This document shows, piece after piece, positions 41,317-51,608 of a DNA stretch of 64,000 bases. The stretch is taken from positions 323,277 through 387,276 of the forward strand of contig JAKLFA010000001.1 in the NCBI GenBank assembly GCA_022711395.1, read 5' to 3'. The DNA is from Candidatus Omnitrophota bacterium (GTDB lineage: Bacteria; Omnitrophota; Gorgyraeia; Zapsychrales; JANLHA01). Under the pieces are notes generated by a model that made no database searches, was not told where the DNA came from, and worked only from the letters and a program-made list of their open reading frames with translations. Made by a program: the position numbers and the translations under genes. Numbering within the stretch: the first letter of the stretch is position 1; each line of letters opens with the position of its first letter.

Positions 41317-42294
41317 ATGATGGGCATGAGTTTCTGGAAGAATAAACGCGTTCTTGTGACCGGTCACGAAGGGTTTCTCGGCGCGCATTTGACCCTGAAA
41401 TTGATCGCCTTGGGCGCGAAGGTGACCGGCCTGGACATCCGCCGGCAGCCGAAGGACGGATTTTTGAAGGCTGAAGACCGCAGGAGATTTGTTGGGCTTA
41501 AGGGCAATGTCGCCAATGCCCGGCTGGTGCGCGACATCTTAAAAAAATATAAGGTCCAGACGGTATTCCATCTGGCGGCGGAATCGCTGGTGGGCTCGTG
41601 TTTAAAGAATCCGCATAAAGCGTTTCAAACGAATATCGAAGGGACATGGACGCTCCTGGATGCGTGCCGGTTCCTGGGTGGTGTCGATGAGATCATCGTC
41701 GCTTCCACGGATAAGGCCTATGGCGTTCAAAAAAAGCTGCCGTATCAGGAAACCACTCCCTTGCAGGGAAGCCATCCTTATGATGTCTCTAAAAGCTGCG
41801 CGGACCTGATCTGCTATGCCTATTGGAATACATACGGCCTTCCGGTGGGGGTGACCCGCTGCGGAAATATTTTCGGTCCCGGGGATTTGAATTTTTCAAG
41901 GATCGTGCCTGACGCTTTGCGCTGCGCCATCACAAAGAAGACTTTAAGGGTCCGCAGCAACGGAAAATTCGTGCGCGATTATGTATATGTGGATGATATC
42001 GTTGACGGGTATTTGAAATTCGCCCAATTGATGCGCAAAAGAAGGCTTTTCGGGGAGGCGTTTAATTTAAGCGATGAAAAGCCCTTGTCGGTCATTGGGC
42101 TTCTTAAAATGATCGATAAAGTAACTGCCGGTGATTTGAAATTCGAGGTCTTGAATTCGGCAAAGCACGAGATTCCTGAACAGTTTCTGGATTCCAGCAA
42201 GGCTCGCCGGATTCTTGGATGGCGCCCGAAGGTGGGCTTGGAAAAAGGAATTCAGCGGTCCCTGGATTGGTACCGTCAATATTTTAAACAATAG
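41317..42294 (+). CDS. rfbG: CDP-glucose 4,6-dehydratase
   Basis: KRVLVTGHEGFLGAHL Rossmann, STDKAYG, YDVSKSCADL (YxxxK). Start placed at the ATG overlapping the rfbF stop; the track ORF starts earlier. Confidence 0.88.
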   Translation: MMGMSFWKNKRVLVTGHEGFLGAHLTLKLIALGAKVTGLDIRRQPKDGFLKAEDRRRFVGLKGNVANARLVRDILKKYKVQTVFHLAAESLVGSCLKNPHKAFQTNIEGTWTLLDACRFLGGVDEIIVASTDKAYGVQKKLPYQETTPLQGSHPYDVSKSCADLICYAYWNTYGLPVGVTRCGNIFGPGDLNFSRIVPDALRCAITKKTLRVRSNGKFVRDYVYVDDIVDGYLKFAQLMRKRRLFGEAFNLSDEKPLSVIGLLKMIDKVTAGDLKFEVLNSAKHEIPEQFLDSSKARRILGWRPKVGLEKGIQRSLDWYRQYFKQ

Positions 42295-42303
42295 GAGACG
42301 CCT

Positions 42304-43611
42304 GTGTCACGGCAAGATGAACTGCGAAAAGAAATTTTGGAGAAGGTCAAAGAATTTTACCGGGCCGGAGAGGAAAAGGAATTTATTGCCGGCAAGACGC
42401 TGATCCCTTACGCCGGGCGGATCTATAACGAGGATGAAATGGTCAATCTGGTGGATTCGGCGTTGGATTTCTGGCTGACCACGGGCCGTTTTGCCGCGGA
42501 GTTCGAGGAGCGTTACGCGCAGTTTTTGGGGGTGAAATGCGCGCTGTTGACCAATTCAGGCTCATCCGCCAATCTTTTGGCTGTGAGCGCGCTGACCTCG
42601 CCGCTTTTGGGGGCCAACCGTTTAAAGCCAGGGGAAGAGGTGATCACAACGGCCTGCGGGTTTCCAACGACCTTAAATCCTATTTTGCAAAATGGATTGA
42701 AGCCCGTGTTTGTCGACGTGGAACTTGGGACCTATAATATTGACCTTGATCAAATGGAAAAGGCGATCGGTCCAAAGACGCGGGCGATTTTTGTCGCTCA
42801 CACGCTGGGGAATATTGCCGGGCTGGAGCGCATTCAGGCGGTCTGTAAGAAGCATCATCTTTGGTTCATTGAGGATAATTGCGACGCCCTGGGGGGCACA
42901 TATAAAAATAAATTGACCGGCAGTTTCGGCGATGTCGCCACGGGGAGTTTTTACGCGTCGCACCACATGACCATGGGAGAGGGCGGGGTCGTGGTCACCA
43001 GCCATCCGGCATTAAAACGCGCGCTCGCGTCTTTCCGCGACTGGGGCCGTGACTGCTGGTGCGGGCCAGGGCATGATGACAGCTGCAAGCAGCGGTTCAA
43101 TCAGCAACACGGGGACCTGCCGTTGGGGTATGACCATAAATATGTATTTTCCCACATCGGTTATAATTTGAAGCTCACCGATATGCAGCCGGCCGTCGGG
43201 CTCGCGCAGCTTAAGAAACTGCCGTCGTTCGTGAAGGCCCGGCAGAAGAACTTTAAGGCCATTTATGAGGCCTTAAAACCATTCGAAGATGTTCTGCTTT
43301 TGCCGCGCTGGGAAAAGGACGCTAACCCAAGCTGGTTCGGGTTTCCGATCTTCGTTAAAGAAGAGGCGTCGTTTTCCCGGGATGAGATGGTGAAGTTTCT
43401 GGAGTCCAAAAGGATCATGACCCGCATGATGTTCGGCGGAAATTTAATCAAACAGCCGGCCTATCTGGATATCGATCGCCGTGTTTTCGGGATCCTTGAG
43501 AACACCGACCGGGTCATGAACCGGCTGTTCTGGATCGGGGTTTATCCGGGATTGACGGACGCTAAGCTGGATCACGTTATTCAAACTTTAACAGAATTTT
43601 TAAAAGGTTAA
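42304..43611 (+). CDS. rfbH: DegT/DnrJ/EryC1-family PMP/PLP enzyme, CDP-6-deoxy-D-xylo-4-hexulose-3-dehydrase-like
   Basis: 435 aa, the typical RfbH/DdhC size. GTG start with GGAGA RBS. Aminotransferase fold blocks. Confidence 0.85.
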   Translation: MSRQDELRKEILEKVKEFYRAGEEKEFIAGKTLIPYAGRIYNEDEMVNLVDSALDFWLTTGRFAAEFEERYAQFLGVKCALLTNSGSSANLLAVSALTSPLLGANRLKPGEEVITTACGFPTTLNPILQNGLKPVFVDVELGTYNIDLDQMEKAIGPKTRAIFVAHTLGNIAGLERIQAVCKKHHLWFIEDNCDALGGTYKNKLTGSFGDVATGSFYASHHMTMGEGGVVVTSHPALKRALASFRDWGRDCWCGPGHDDSCKQRFNQQHGDLPLGYDHKYVFSHIGYNLKLTDMQPAVGLAQLKKLPSFVKARQKNFKAIYEALKPFEDVLLLPRWEKDANPSWFGFPIFVKEEASFSRDEMVKFLESKRIMTRMMFGGNLIKQPAYLDIDRRVFGILENTDRVMNRLFWIGVYPGLTDAKLDHVIQTLTEFLKG

Positions 43612-43616
43612 CTGCC

Positions 43617-44552
43617 ATGATCCAAAAAACACATCGAATCTATGTCGCGGGGCACAACGGGATGGTCGGATCGGCGCTTGTCCGCCGCTTGAAGGAGCGG
43701 GGGGCAAAACAGCTGATCTTAAGGACGCACAAGGAGCTTGATCTCTGCGATCAGCGTGCGGTCCGGGATCTTTTTAACAAAGAGAAGCCTGAGGTCGTGA
43801 TCGTGGCCGCCGCCCGCGTCGGGGGGATCAAGGCGAACATGGAGCATCAAGCGGAGTTCATCCGTGAGAACCTGACGATCCAGACCAATGTGATCCATGA
43901 GGCGTATTTGAATGGCGTTGAGCGGCTGTGCTTTTTGGGGAGCTCATGCATTTATCCGCGCGAATGCCCTCAGCCGATCAAAGAGGAATATTTGCTGACC
44001 GGGCCGCTGGAGCCGACCAACGAAGGATACGCGATCGCCAAGATCGCGGGGATGAAGATGGTGGATTTTTACCGCCGGCAATATGGCCTGGACTGGATCA
44101 GCGTGATGCCCTGCAATCTCTATGGCACCAATGATTCTTTTGACCTGAACACATCGCATGTCATTTCGGCGCTGGTCAAAAAATTCGTGGATGCGGCCTA
44201 CAGCCACAAAGACCATGTCGAGGTCTGGGGGACGGGTTCCGCCCGCCGGGAATTTCTGCATGTGGATGACGCGGCTGACGGGATCCTGTTCGCGATGGAA
44301 CATTATCATCAGGACGGGCATATCAATCTGGGTTCGGGCAGGGATGTGACGATCAGGGAGCTGGTCGAGATCGTGCATGAGGAAAGCGGTTTTGCCGGCA
44401 AGGTTGTCTGGGACACGTCAAAACCTGATGGCATGCCGCGAAAGTGCATGGATATTTCCAGGATCCGGGAGCTCGGCTGGAGCCCGAAGATCCCGTTGCG
44501 GGATGGCGTGAAAAAGACAGTTCAGGAATACCGGCAATTAAAAAATTCATAA
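43617..44552 (+). CDS. fcl: GDP-L-fucose synthase-like NAD(P)-dependent epimerase/reductase
   Basis: IYVAGHNGMVGSAL, SSCIYP, YAIAKIAG (YxxxK). 311 aa. Confidence 0.82.
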   Translation: MIQKTHRIYVAGHNGMVGSALVRRLKERGAKQLILRTHKELDLCDQRAVRDLFNKEKPEVVIVAAARVGGIKANMEHQAEFIRENLTIQTNVIHEAYLNGVERLCFLGSSCIYPRECPQPIKEEYLLTGPLEPTNEGYAIAKIAGMKMVDFYRRQYGLDWISVMPCNLYGTNDSFDLNTSHVISALVKKFVDAAYSHKDHVEVWGTGSARREFLHVDDAADGILFAMEHYHQDGHINLGSGRDVTIRELVEIVHEESGFAGKVVWDTSKPDGMPRKCMDISRIRELGWSPKIPLRDGVKKTVQEYRQLKNS

Positions 44553-44564
44553 GGCGGAGAAACC

Positions 44565-45350
44565 GTGTCAGAAGAACGAAAAAGAGTACCGGTTTTGGGT
44601 GTCGCGGTCGATGATATCGACATGAGTTCGACGCTTTCACGGATCAGACGCTGGATCCATGAACGGACCGGAGTGCGGATATGTGTAGCTCCGGTCTCGA
44701 CCATCGTGGAGGCGTCAGAAGATCCGGAATACCGGGCTCTTGTCAACGGGGCGGACCTTGTTGTGCCGGATGGGATGCCTGTTGTTTGGGCTGCCCGCAT
44801 GAAAGGCGCCCGTCAGGCCAAGCGGGTCTGCGGCCCGGACCTGATGCGCAAGATCTGCACGGATTATTCCTTCACGCACATTAAGCATTTTTTTTATGGA
44901 ACGGACCAGGACACGCTGGCGTTGCTTCGGTCCCGTCTGCAGGAGATGAATCCGGAGATCAATATCTGTGGCGCGATCGCGCCGCCGTATTTTTCAAAGG
45001 CTGTTTTGGAATCGGAAGAAACGATCGCCCAGATCAATGCGGCGGAAGCTGATATTGTTTGGGTGGGTTTGGGCGCTCCGAAGCAGGATGTTTGGGTCCA
45101 TCTACATCGGGAGTGCCTGGACGCGCCGGTCCTGATCGGCATCGGGGCGGCGTTCGACTTTTTAGCCGGGGTCAAGCCCCGGGCGCCGGTGTGGATGCAG
45201 CGCTGCGGGCTGGAGTGGTTTTTCCGTCTGTGCTGCGAGCCGCGGAGGCTGTGGCGCCGCTATTTAGTTGGGAACACGAAGTTTTTGTGGCGGATCATAA
45301 AAGAAGTTTTTGGGTTAGGAACATCCGTTGGAAAAAATATTAAAAAATAG
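44565..45350 (+). CDS. WecB/TagA/CpsF-family glycosyltransferase
   Basis: VPVLGVAVDDIDM...GADLVVPDG...VWVGLGAPKQD blocks; 261 aa. Confidence 0.8.
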   Translation: MSEERKRVPVLGVAVDDIDMSSTLSRIRRWIHERTGVRICVAPVSTIVEASEDPEYRALVNGADLVVPDGMPVVWAARMKGARQAKRVCGPDLMRKICTDYSFTHIKHFFYGTDQDTLALLRSRLQEMNPEINICGAIAPPYFSKAVLESEETIAQINAAEADIVWVGLGAPKQDVWVHLHRECLDAPVLIGIGAAFDFLAGVKPRAPVWMQRCGLEWFFRLCCEPRRLWRRYLVGNTKFLWRIIKEVFGLGTSVGKNIKK

Positions 45351-46611
45351 ATTCGGGGTCAAGAACGTTCTGCGCTGGACAGGGAAGGGGAGCCTGGCTG
45401 TTGTTGATCAGGCACTTTTTGCCGGATCGAATTTTCTGCTTTCCATTCTTCTTGCCCGCTGGCTTACACCTGCGGAATATGGCGCCTTCGCGGTGGGGTT
45501 CTCGATCTTTCTGTTGTTAAGCACGTTTTATACTGCGCTGATCATCGAGCCGATGCTTGTCTTCGGCGCTGGGAAATATGATACAGGGTTCTTTAAATAC
45601 ATGAGGTCCCTTATTTCAGGTCACTGGATCATTACGGCCGCAGTGAGTTTTGTATTGTTGATCGTGTCCGGAGTGTTTTGGCGGCTTGGGAATGTTCAAT
45701 TGGCCCAGGCATTATTGGGGTTGGTGCTTTCAACGCCATTCATTTTAAAAGTCTGGTTGTTGCGCCGGGCGTTTTATGTGCATTCAGAACCGTTCTTTTC
45801 TGCGGTTGGCGGATTTCTTTATCTGGTCCTGATGACTGCAGGGCTTTATGCTCTTTATCAGGCTGGGGCGCTTTCGCCATTGACGGGCTTTGGGGTTGTC
45901 GGATTAGTGAGTGCTTTGACGGGTCTTTTTCTGCAAAGGATGCTCGATGCCAGGATCCGCTTAAAGGACGGGCCGATCGAATCGTCAATGGTCGTTGCTG
46001 AACATTGGCAATACGGAAAGTGGATGGTGGCGACCTACGGTGTTGTGTGGTTGAGGGATAATATTTATTATTTGATCCTGCCATTGTGGCTGAGCCTTGA
46101 GGCAAGCGCGGCGCTTAGGGCGGTGATGAACTTTATCCTGCCCATGGTGAGCTTTAACACGGCGATCGCGATATTTCTTTTGCCGATGTTTGCTAAGGCC
46201 TATCATTCAGCCGGGGTCCGTCAATTGCGAAAGAAGATGCTGCTTGCCGGTATTTTTTATTTTTTGTGTACGGTTGTTTATTGGCTGGTTCTTTATTGTG
46301 CAAGAGGGACACTGTTTAATCTGTTTTATGGGAATGGTTATAGCGGATATGCTCATTTATTAGGCATGGCAGGCTCGATTCCTGTTATCTTAGGAGTTAC
46401 CCAGGTCTTTAACAACGCCTTACGTGTGATGGGATGCACGGAAAAGATTTTTTGGGCATATATGCTGACGGGTGTTCTGGTTCTGACTTTCGGGACTTTT
46501 TTGGCGGCAAGGGGAGGCGTGTCAGGAGCTGTATTAGGGATGCTCATATCTTCCGTAGCGATGGCGGTGGTCGTAATGGTTGTTTATATTCGGGCCTCGA
46601 AGGCGATTTAG
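45328..46611 (+). CDS. wzx: Polysaccharide flippase (Wzx/MOP family)
   Basis: 12 predicted TM helices with a polysaccharide-biosynthesis-protein N-terminus (LAVVDQALFAGSNFLLSILLARWL). Confidence 0.72.
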   Translation: MEKILKNRFGVKNVLRWTGKGSLAVVDQALFAGSNFLLSILLARWLTPAEYGAFAVGFSIFLLLSTFYTALIIEPMLVFGAGKYDTGFFKYMRSLISGHWIITAAVSFVLLIVSGVFWRLGNVQLAQALLGLVLSTPFILKVWLLRRAFYVHSEPFFSAVGGFLYLVLMTAGLYALYQAGALSPLTGFGVVGLVSALTGLFLQRMLDARIRLKDGPIESSMVVAEHWQYGKWMVATYGVVWLRDNIYYLILPLWLSLEASAALRAVMNFILPMVSFNTAIAIFLLPMFAKAYHSAGVRQLRKKMLLAGIFYFLCTVVYWLVLYCARGTLFNLFYGNGYSGYAHLLGMAGSIPVILGVTQVFNNALRVMGCTEKIFWAYMLTGVLVLTFGTFLAARGGVSGAVLGMLISSVAMAVVVMVVYIRASKAI

Positions 46612-46638
46612 TTTAATAAGCATTGCGAAGCGGTTCAA

Positions 46639-47490
46639 ATGAAGATGAAAATAAAAACAGCATTGCGACATTTTTTAAACAGAAAGAGCTGGAATAAAAT
46701 TATTGATCAGATGGTCCATCCGATCCGTTATGACCAAATTGAGCATATAAAAAAGGTCAAAGTGAATGTCTCTTATGAAGAGGTCGAACAATGGTTGGTA
46801 AGAGGAGGGCTTGGCCAATTCGCATGCGAACATCACAAAAAGGGATTGGAGTTCTTTTTTTCCGCCCACATCTTGGGGATCGAGGACGAGCATGCCGTTT
46901 TAGATGCGGCCGGCGGCCGGTCTTATTATTTGAAAGCTGTAAGAGCGAACACGTCGGCCAAGCGGCTGTTTTTGACCGATCATATTTATGATGGAATAAA
47001 AGAATCGGAAGAGGGGATCAAGATCGTTGGGGGAGACATCTCGGCGATCCAACTGGAGGATGCGAGCATTGACAGGATTGCCTGCCATCACGCATTTGAG
47101 CACTTTCAAGACGATAAGGATGTGGGATTCATTAAAGAGGCTCACAGGATCCTGAGAAAGGGCGGGTCCCTGGTGATTATCCCGTTATTTCTTGTTGATC
47201 AATATGTTGAATGCTGGAACGTGGACACACGAAAGAAATTTGATGAAAATTCAACCGTTGTCATCGATCGGACCGCGTCTATTCCGGGGGCGGATGATGA
47301 TGGGCATTTCGCTCGTTTATATGATCTTGCCAATTTTCGCTCAAGGGTTATTTCCGCGGCGGAATCTGCAGGGTTTGAATATGAAATTGTTGAATGTGAG
47401 GTGGATTCCAAAAGTGTTCCGGATATGAAATCGAACTTCGGATCCATATTAAACACGCCCTTAAGGGCCTTAAGATTGGTGAAGGTGTAG
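46639..47490 (+). CDS. Class I SAM-dependent methyltransferase
   Basis: Motif I VLDAAGG; post-I acidic residue; motif II/III region ending GGSLVII. Confidence 0.65.
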   Translation: MKMKIKTALRHFLNRKSWNKIIDQMVHPIRYDQIEHIKKVKVNVSYEEVEQWLVRGGLGQFACEHHKKGLEFFFSAHILGIEDEHAVLDAAGGRSYYLKAVRANTSAKRLFLTDHIYDGIKESEEGIKIVGGDISAIQLEDASIDRIACHHAFEHFQDDKDVGFIKEAHRILRKGGSLVIIPLFLVDQYVECWNVDTRKKFDENSTVVIDRTASIPGADDDGHFARLYDLANFRSRVISAAESAGFEYEIVECEVDSKSVPDMKSNFGSILNTPLRALRLVKV

Positions 47491-47492
47491 AG

Positions 47493-47708
47493 ATGGGAGA
47501 AAAAATAAAAACTTTATCAAAAGGTGAGTTTTTTGGTTCCACAGTTGAGATCGAATTGAACCGTCCGGTCGTGGAGCCTCAGGGCCAGCAAATCCATATT
47601 CAATCCAAAAATTTCAGACTTGAGCTGAAAAAGAAGGAATATGTTAAATACGCCTTATCGATCTTGAACGCAGAAAAGAACCTGAAAAATCTTAAGAATA
47701 TCCCATGA
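47493..47708 (+). CDS. Small hypothetical protein (71 aa)
   Basis: Tightly packed ORF, 2 nt after the upstream stop, with ATGA overlap to the next gene. No recognisable motif. Confidence 0.3.
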   Translation: MGEKIKTLSKGEFFGSTVEIELNRPVVEPQGQQIHIQSKNFRLELKKKEYVKYALSILNAEKNLKNLKNIP

Positions 47709-48358
47709 TTTTTATTGAGGCTTCAAAAATTATTTCAATATTCAAGGCGCTGAATGACAGCGGCTTGGAGTATGTTCTGATGCGCAATATTAATGATGAA
47801 CTGCCGGCCTGTTTGAAGGCCGGTAAAGATATTGATCTGTTAATTCGAAAAAAAGACTACGGGAGTTTTAAAAGTTTTTTTCGGGAGCATGGTTATAAAA
47901 GGATACGCCATCCGTCGTCTAAAGACACATTTTTATATGGTGTTGACCGGTTCGAGTTCCAGTATCAGAGAGCCAGCGGGATCATTTTTGACCTTAATTT
48001 TCAATTGGCTGTTCGCAGTTTGGATGATGGCCAATGGATACCTCTTCATCAAAGTGTTCAGGAGGCGGCATGGGAAAACCGCAGGCTTCATCGAAGCAAT
48101 GAACAATTCAGTTATTGGACTTTGGGCCATGCGGATGAGTTCGTAACGCTGGTCGCCAGGGCGGTATTTGATAAGAGAAGGTTCGAACATGGATATGTTC
48201 AGCGGTTGAAAACGCTTCTTTCCAAAGTGGACAAGAGCGATGTGGAACAAAAGCTGAAGAAAGTGTTTTTTGCATACACCCCGTATTTGCTGAGGAGCAT
48301 GGAAAAGGGGGATTTTGAGAATATTATAAACGGGCATCTGTCTTTCCGGGATTATTAA
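47705..48358 (+). CDS. Nucleotidyltransferase-fold protein, LicD-like (possible CDP-alcohol phosphotransferase)
   Basis: LEYVLMRNINDELPACLKAGKDIDLLIRKKDY matches the LicD/minimal-NTase pattern (G...DxD...R..DY). Confidence 0.4.
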   Translation: MIFIEASKIISIFKALNDSGLEYVLMRNINDELPACLKAGKDIDLLIRKKDYGSFKSFFREHGYKRIRHPSSKDTFLYGVDRFEFQYQRASGIIFDLNFQLAVRSLDDGQWIPLHQSVQEAAWENRRLHRSNEQFSYWTLGHADEFVTLVARAVFDKRRFEHGYVQRLKTLLSKVDKSDVEQKLKKVFFAYTPYLLRSMEKGDFENIINGHLSFRDY

Positions 48359-48359
48359 A

Positions 48360-49103
48360 ATGAGCAATCCATCTGTTAAAACGCTTGATAGCGCCGGCAG
48401 TCTTGCTGGAACATTTAAAAGGTTCGTGATCGAAGATAATATCGGCGAGGCTGTTCATTTGCATATGAATGACATGCGGATCGATTTTACGGTCAAAGAA
48501 TTTTTGGAATTTGCCGGAATGATCAGGGAATCGTTGAACGGGCTTGATCTTTTGCCCGGCTACAGAGTGGAAAATTTTGATGAACATTTTTTAAAAGAAT
48601 GCGCCGAAAACGATCTTTTGAACCTGGCGGAAATTAAAATCGAAGAGGTTCGGTTATCGAGCCTTCAATGCATCGTTCATTCCAATTACGGCGGGGGCCT
48701 GAATTTTCTTAAGCTTTTTCCGGTCGCGGAGGCTCCGGCGTATAAATGGCTGCAAGGGGATAAGAACTCATTTTGCCGATATGAACAGCATCATTATTTC
48801 AGAATGAACAATGAGGAAAGGCTGTCAGCGGTCCTGGAGTCTATTCAAAAGAACGGTTATCCGCATGAGGAACAATATATTATTCTGTTCCAGGGGCAGG
48901 ATATTATCAGGGATGGACAGCACCGTGCGGCTGTTTTGGCCCATTTGCACGGGTTGGATCACAATGTTAAAGTCATGCGTTTTTATTTTAAAGGACGACG
49001 GCATTTGATGTGGATCTTTGGAAGAAATTTAAAGGCCGTTTTTGTGTGGTTGTTAAAAAGGGCATATAGGGTTTTTAAAACGTTTATTCATGGTCGGTTC
49101 TGA
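48360..49103 (+). CDS. Hypothetical protein with C-terminal ParB/Srx-like domain
   Basis: LESIQKNGYPHEEQYIILFQGQDIIRDGQHRAAVLAHLHGLDHNVKV parallels the ParB N-domain box (GxxRxxAa..LG..vpV). Confidence 0.4.
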   Translation: MSNPSVKTLDSAGSLAGTFKRFVIEDNIGEAVHLHMNDMRIDFTVKEFLEFAGMIRESLNGLDLLPGYRVENFDEHFLKECAENDLLNLAEIKIEEVRLSSLQCIVHSNYGGGLNFLKLFPVAEAPAYKWLQGDKNSFCRYEQHHYFRMNNEERLSAVLESIQKNGYPHEEQYIILFQGQDIIRDGQHRAAVLAHLHGLDHNVKVMRFYFKGRRHLMWIFGRNLKAVFVWLLKRAYRVFKTFIHGRF

Positions 49104-50191
49104 TGGCTTATAAAGATGTCAAAACGATGGCCTTTCTGCCGAAAAAAATACTCATCCTTGAGCTTTGGGGCATAGGGGATGCGGTGATGATGAGCCCGAT
49201 CCTTGCGCCGCTCCGGGAAAAGTTTCCGGAGGCGCGGATCTCTGTGTTGTGCCAGCAGCATGCGGCAGATATTTTAAAAGAAAACCGGCAGATCAGCCGG
49301 TTTTTTATTTTTAAATTTCCATGGACCGCTTTTACAGGCAAATACCGCTTCTGGCGCTGGGATTGGAAAGGGATAATGCGGCTTATCATGGAGTTGCGCC
49401 GGGAAAAGTTTGACCTGGTCCTTGATGCCCGGAAAGACCCGCGAAATAATCTTTTGTTATTTCTCACCGGAGGAAAAAGAAGGGTTGGCTATGGTTGGAA
49501 GGTGTGCGGATATTTTTTGACGGATGCTATTTGCCTGAAAGATGAAAAGATCCACAGGGTTGAAGCCTGGAAAAAGCTTTTGGTTCATCTTGGGATTGAG
49601 GCGGGCGATGTTCGGCCGGATATCCGTATCTCTGTTGAAGAAGAAAAATGGGCCGGGGAGTTTTTAAAAAACAACGGCATTTCTGACCATGACCTTATGA
49701 TCGGAATTCACCCTGGGGCGCGAGTGAAGGTGCGTTGCTGGCCGCTCGAGAAGTTCGCGGAGATCGGCTCCTACGCAGCTATCCGGCATAAGGCAAAGGT
49801 TCTGGTCTTTGTTGAGCCGGATGGTTACGGAGATGATATTGCGGTAACGACTGAGCATGTGAAAGTAAAGGTCGGTTTACGCCAGATGACGGCATTGATC
49901 AGCAAATTAAGTTTGTTGATCTGCAATGATTCCGGCGCGATGCATATCGCTAGTGCTGTTCATACGCCGACTGTTTCGATCTTCGGCCCTGGTGATCCCG
50001 GTTCTATCGGGCCCTATGGCGGAAATCACGCCGTTGTCATCAAAGACATTTCCTGCCGTCCGTGCTTTGATCATTGCCGGTATCCGGAACCGATATGCCT
50101 GATGGAAATTTCGACTGAAGAAGTGATCCGTGAGGTTGATCATCAATTGAAAGATTTATTGAAAGTAAATAAACTATCACAGGTGGTTTGA
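49103..50191 (+). CDS. Glycosyltransferase family 9 (ADP-heptose:LPS heptosyltransferase-like)
   Basis: KILILELWGIGDAVMMSPIL N-terminus; C-terminal NDSGAMHIA...PTVSIFGP block. Confidence 0.85.
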   Translation: MAYKDVKTMAFLPKKILILELWGIGDAVMMSPILAPLREKFPEARISVLCQQHAADILKENRQISRFFIFKFPWTAFTGKYRFWRWDWKGIMRLIMELRREKFDLVLDARKDPRNNLLLFLTGGKRRVGYGWKVCGYFLTDAICLKDEKIHRVEAWKKLLVHLGIEAGDVRPDIRISVEEEKWAGEFLKNNGISDHDLMIGIHPGARVKVRCWPLEKFAEIGSYAAIRHKAKVLVFVEPDGYGDDIAVTTEHVKVKVGLRQMTALISKLSLLICNDSGAMHIASAVHTPTVSIFGPGDPGSIGPYGGNHAVVIKDISCRPCFDHCRYPEPICLMEISTEEVIREVDHQLKDLLKVNKLSQVV

Positions 50192-50192
50192 A

Positions 50193-51608
50193 GTGTTTTC
50201 ATTCAAAAAAATTTACTACAATCGTTTGGCGAATTCCCTGACGTCAAAAGGTTTGAAATTTTATGAAAACGTGGAAGCATTCATGTTTTTTGTGTTTTTG
50301 ATTGGAGTCTTGTCATTTGGACGGGCGTTTTCGATTATTCATTTTAATACGCGGTGGGCTCCGGTATTTATAACGGAGATTTTTTTGGCGTTGAGCGTGC
50401 CGTTTATTGTTTTTCATGGCAGGGAATTTATCAAACTGCGAAAAAGGTTTTTAGTGCCGTTTTTGATTTTTTTTTCATTGGGATGGGTGTATTTTGGGGG
50501 CGGCCTATTAAAAGGAAATTCATTTGTTCTCCGTGATAGTATTCTTTTTATTTATATGATGTTCTGTCCGCTTATGCTCATGGTTTTAGAGAATAGAAGG
50601 CGAGTAACGTTATTTTTATGCACGCTTATAATCGGCAATTTGGTTGGGCTGTTTATGGGCCGATGTTTGTTGTTGGAAATGTATACTTCGGGTGCGGTGC
50701 AATTTTTTATTTCAAATACGAGGACTTTTAATTTAGGTTTGTATTATGGCATATCGATCGCGTTTATGATTGCTTTTTGGGATATGCTAAAGTCTTGGAT
50801 TAGTAAGTCTTTCGTTTTGCTGCTTATATCAGTTAACTTGTATATGATCATGATGTTTGCTGTTCGGACAGTTTGGGTGGCGCTCATGGCATTGTTTCTG
50901 TGCTTTTTTATAATTTTAAGAAAAAAAATGATCAGGCTTGTTTTATGTTTGATTCCGGCTTTTATTGTGGTAGGCGCCGGTCTTTTTTATTGTGATTTTT
51001 CTGTTATAAAAAGCTCTCTTAAAGTTGAGAAGGTTTTAAAGAAAGCGGAGAGTTCTGTTGTCTTTGTGAACAGGGAAATAAATCAACGGCTAAAGACTGT
51101 TCCTGAGATTCCTCCTGTTTTAAAAGAAGACCAACAGCTTGAAATTGGAATTGCAAATATTGTTTGGAGGAAAAAAATTTGGCGACAGGCGATTGTTTTT
51201 GGAATGGAACGCCCACTTTTGGGGATGGGTTTCGGCGTGTATCCGCAGTATGATATCTGGGGATATCAACCGCCGCGCGGGATAGGGGCTGATTCTAAGG
51301 TTGTTCCTGTCCACAATCATTTGATAACGATTTTTTATAAAATGGGGTTTGTGGGGTTGGGGCTGTTTTTATTTATTAATGGATATGCCTTTTGGTACGG
51401 GGTTACATATATCAAAAAATGCCGGGATGAATTGATCAGGCGTTTTTTAATAGGCGCCTTGGGTGCGTTTGTCTACTGGCATACGATGGCCTTGGCGTTT
51501 GACGTGATCGATTCTCCGCCAACGAGTATTTTTTTATGGATTATTATGGGGATGATTTTTGCAGGAATTTCTTTGGATGAAAAGAATAGAATTAATAGTA
51601 TTGGTTAA
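50193..51608 (+). CDS. O-antigen ligase/polymerase family membrane protein (Wzy_C domain)
   Basis: About 11 TM helices. Periplasmic loop with LLGMGFG and a conserved H in VPVHNHLITIFYKMGFVG. Confidence 0.72.
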   Translation: MFSFKKIYYNRLANSLTSKGLKFYENVEAFMFFVFLIGVLSFGRAFSIIHFNTRWAPVFITEIFLALSVPFIVFHGREFIKLRKRFLVPFLIFFSLGWVYFGGGLLKGNSFVLRDSILFIYMMFCPLMLMVLENRRRVTLFLCTLIIGNLVGLFMGRCLLLEMYTSGAVQFFISNTRTFNLGLYYGISIAFMIAFWDMLKSWISKSFVLLLISVNLYMIMMFAVRTVWVALMALFLCFFIILRKKMIRLVLCLIPAFIVVGAGLFYCDFSVIKSSLKVEKVLKKAESSVVFVNREINQRLKTVPEIPPVLKEDQQLEIGIANIVWRKKIWRQAIVFGMERPLLGMGFGVYPQYDIWGYQPPRGIGADSKVVPVHNHLITIFYKMGFVGLGLFLFINGYAFWYGVTYIKKCRDELIRRFLIGALGAFVYWHTMALAFDVIDSPPTSIFLWIIMGMIFAGISLDEKNRINSIG

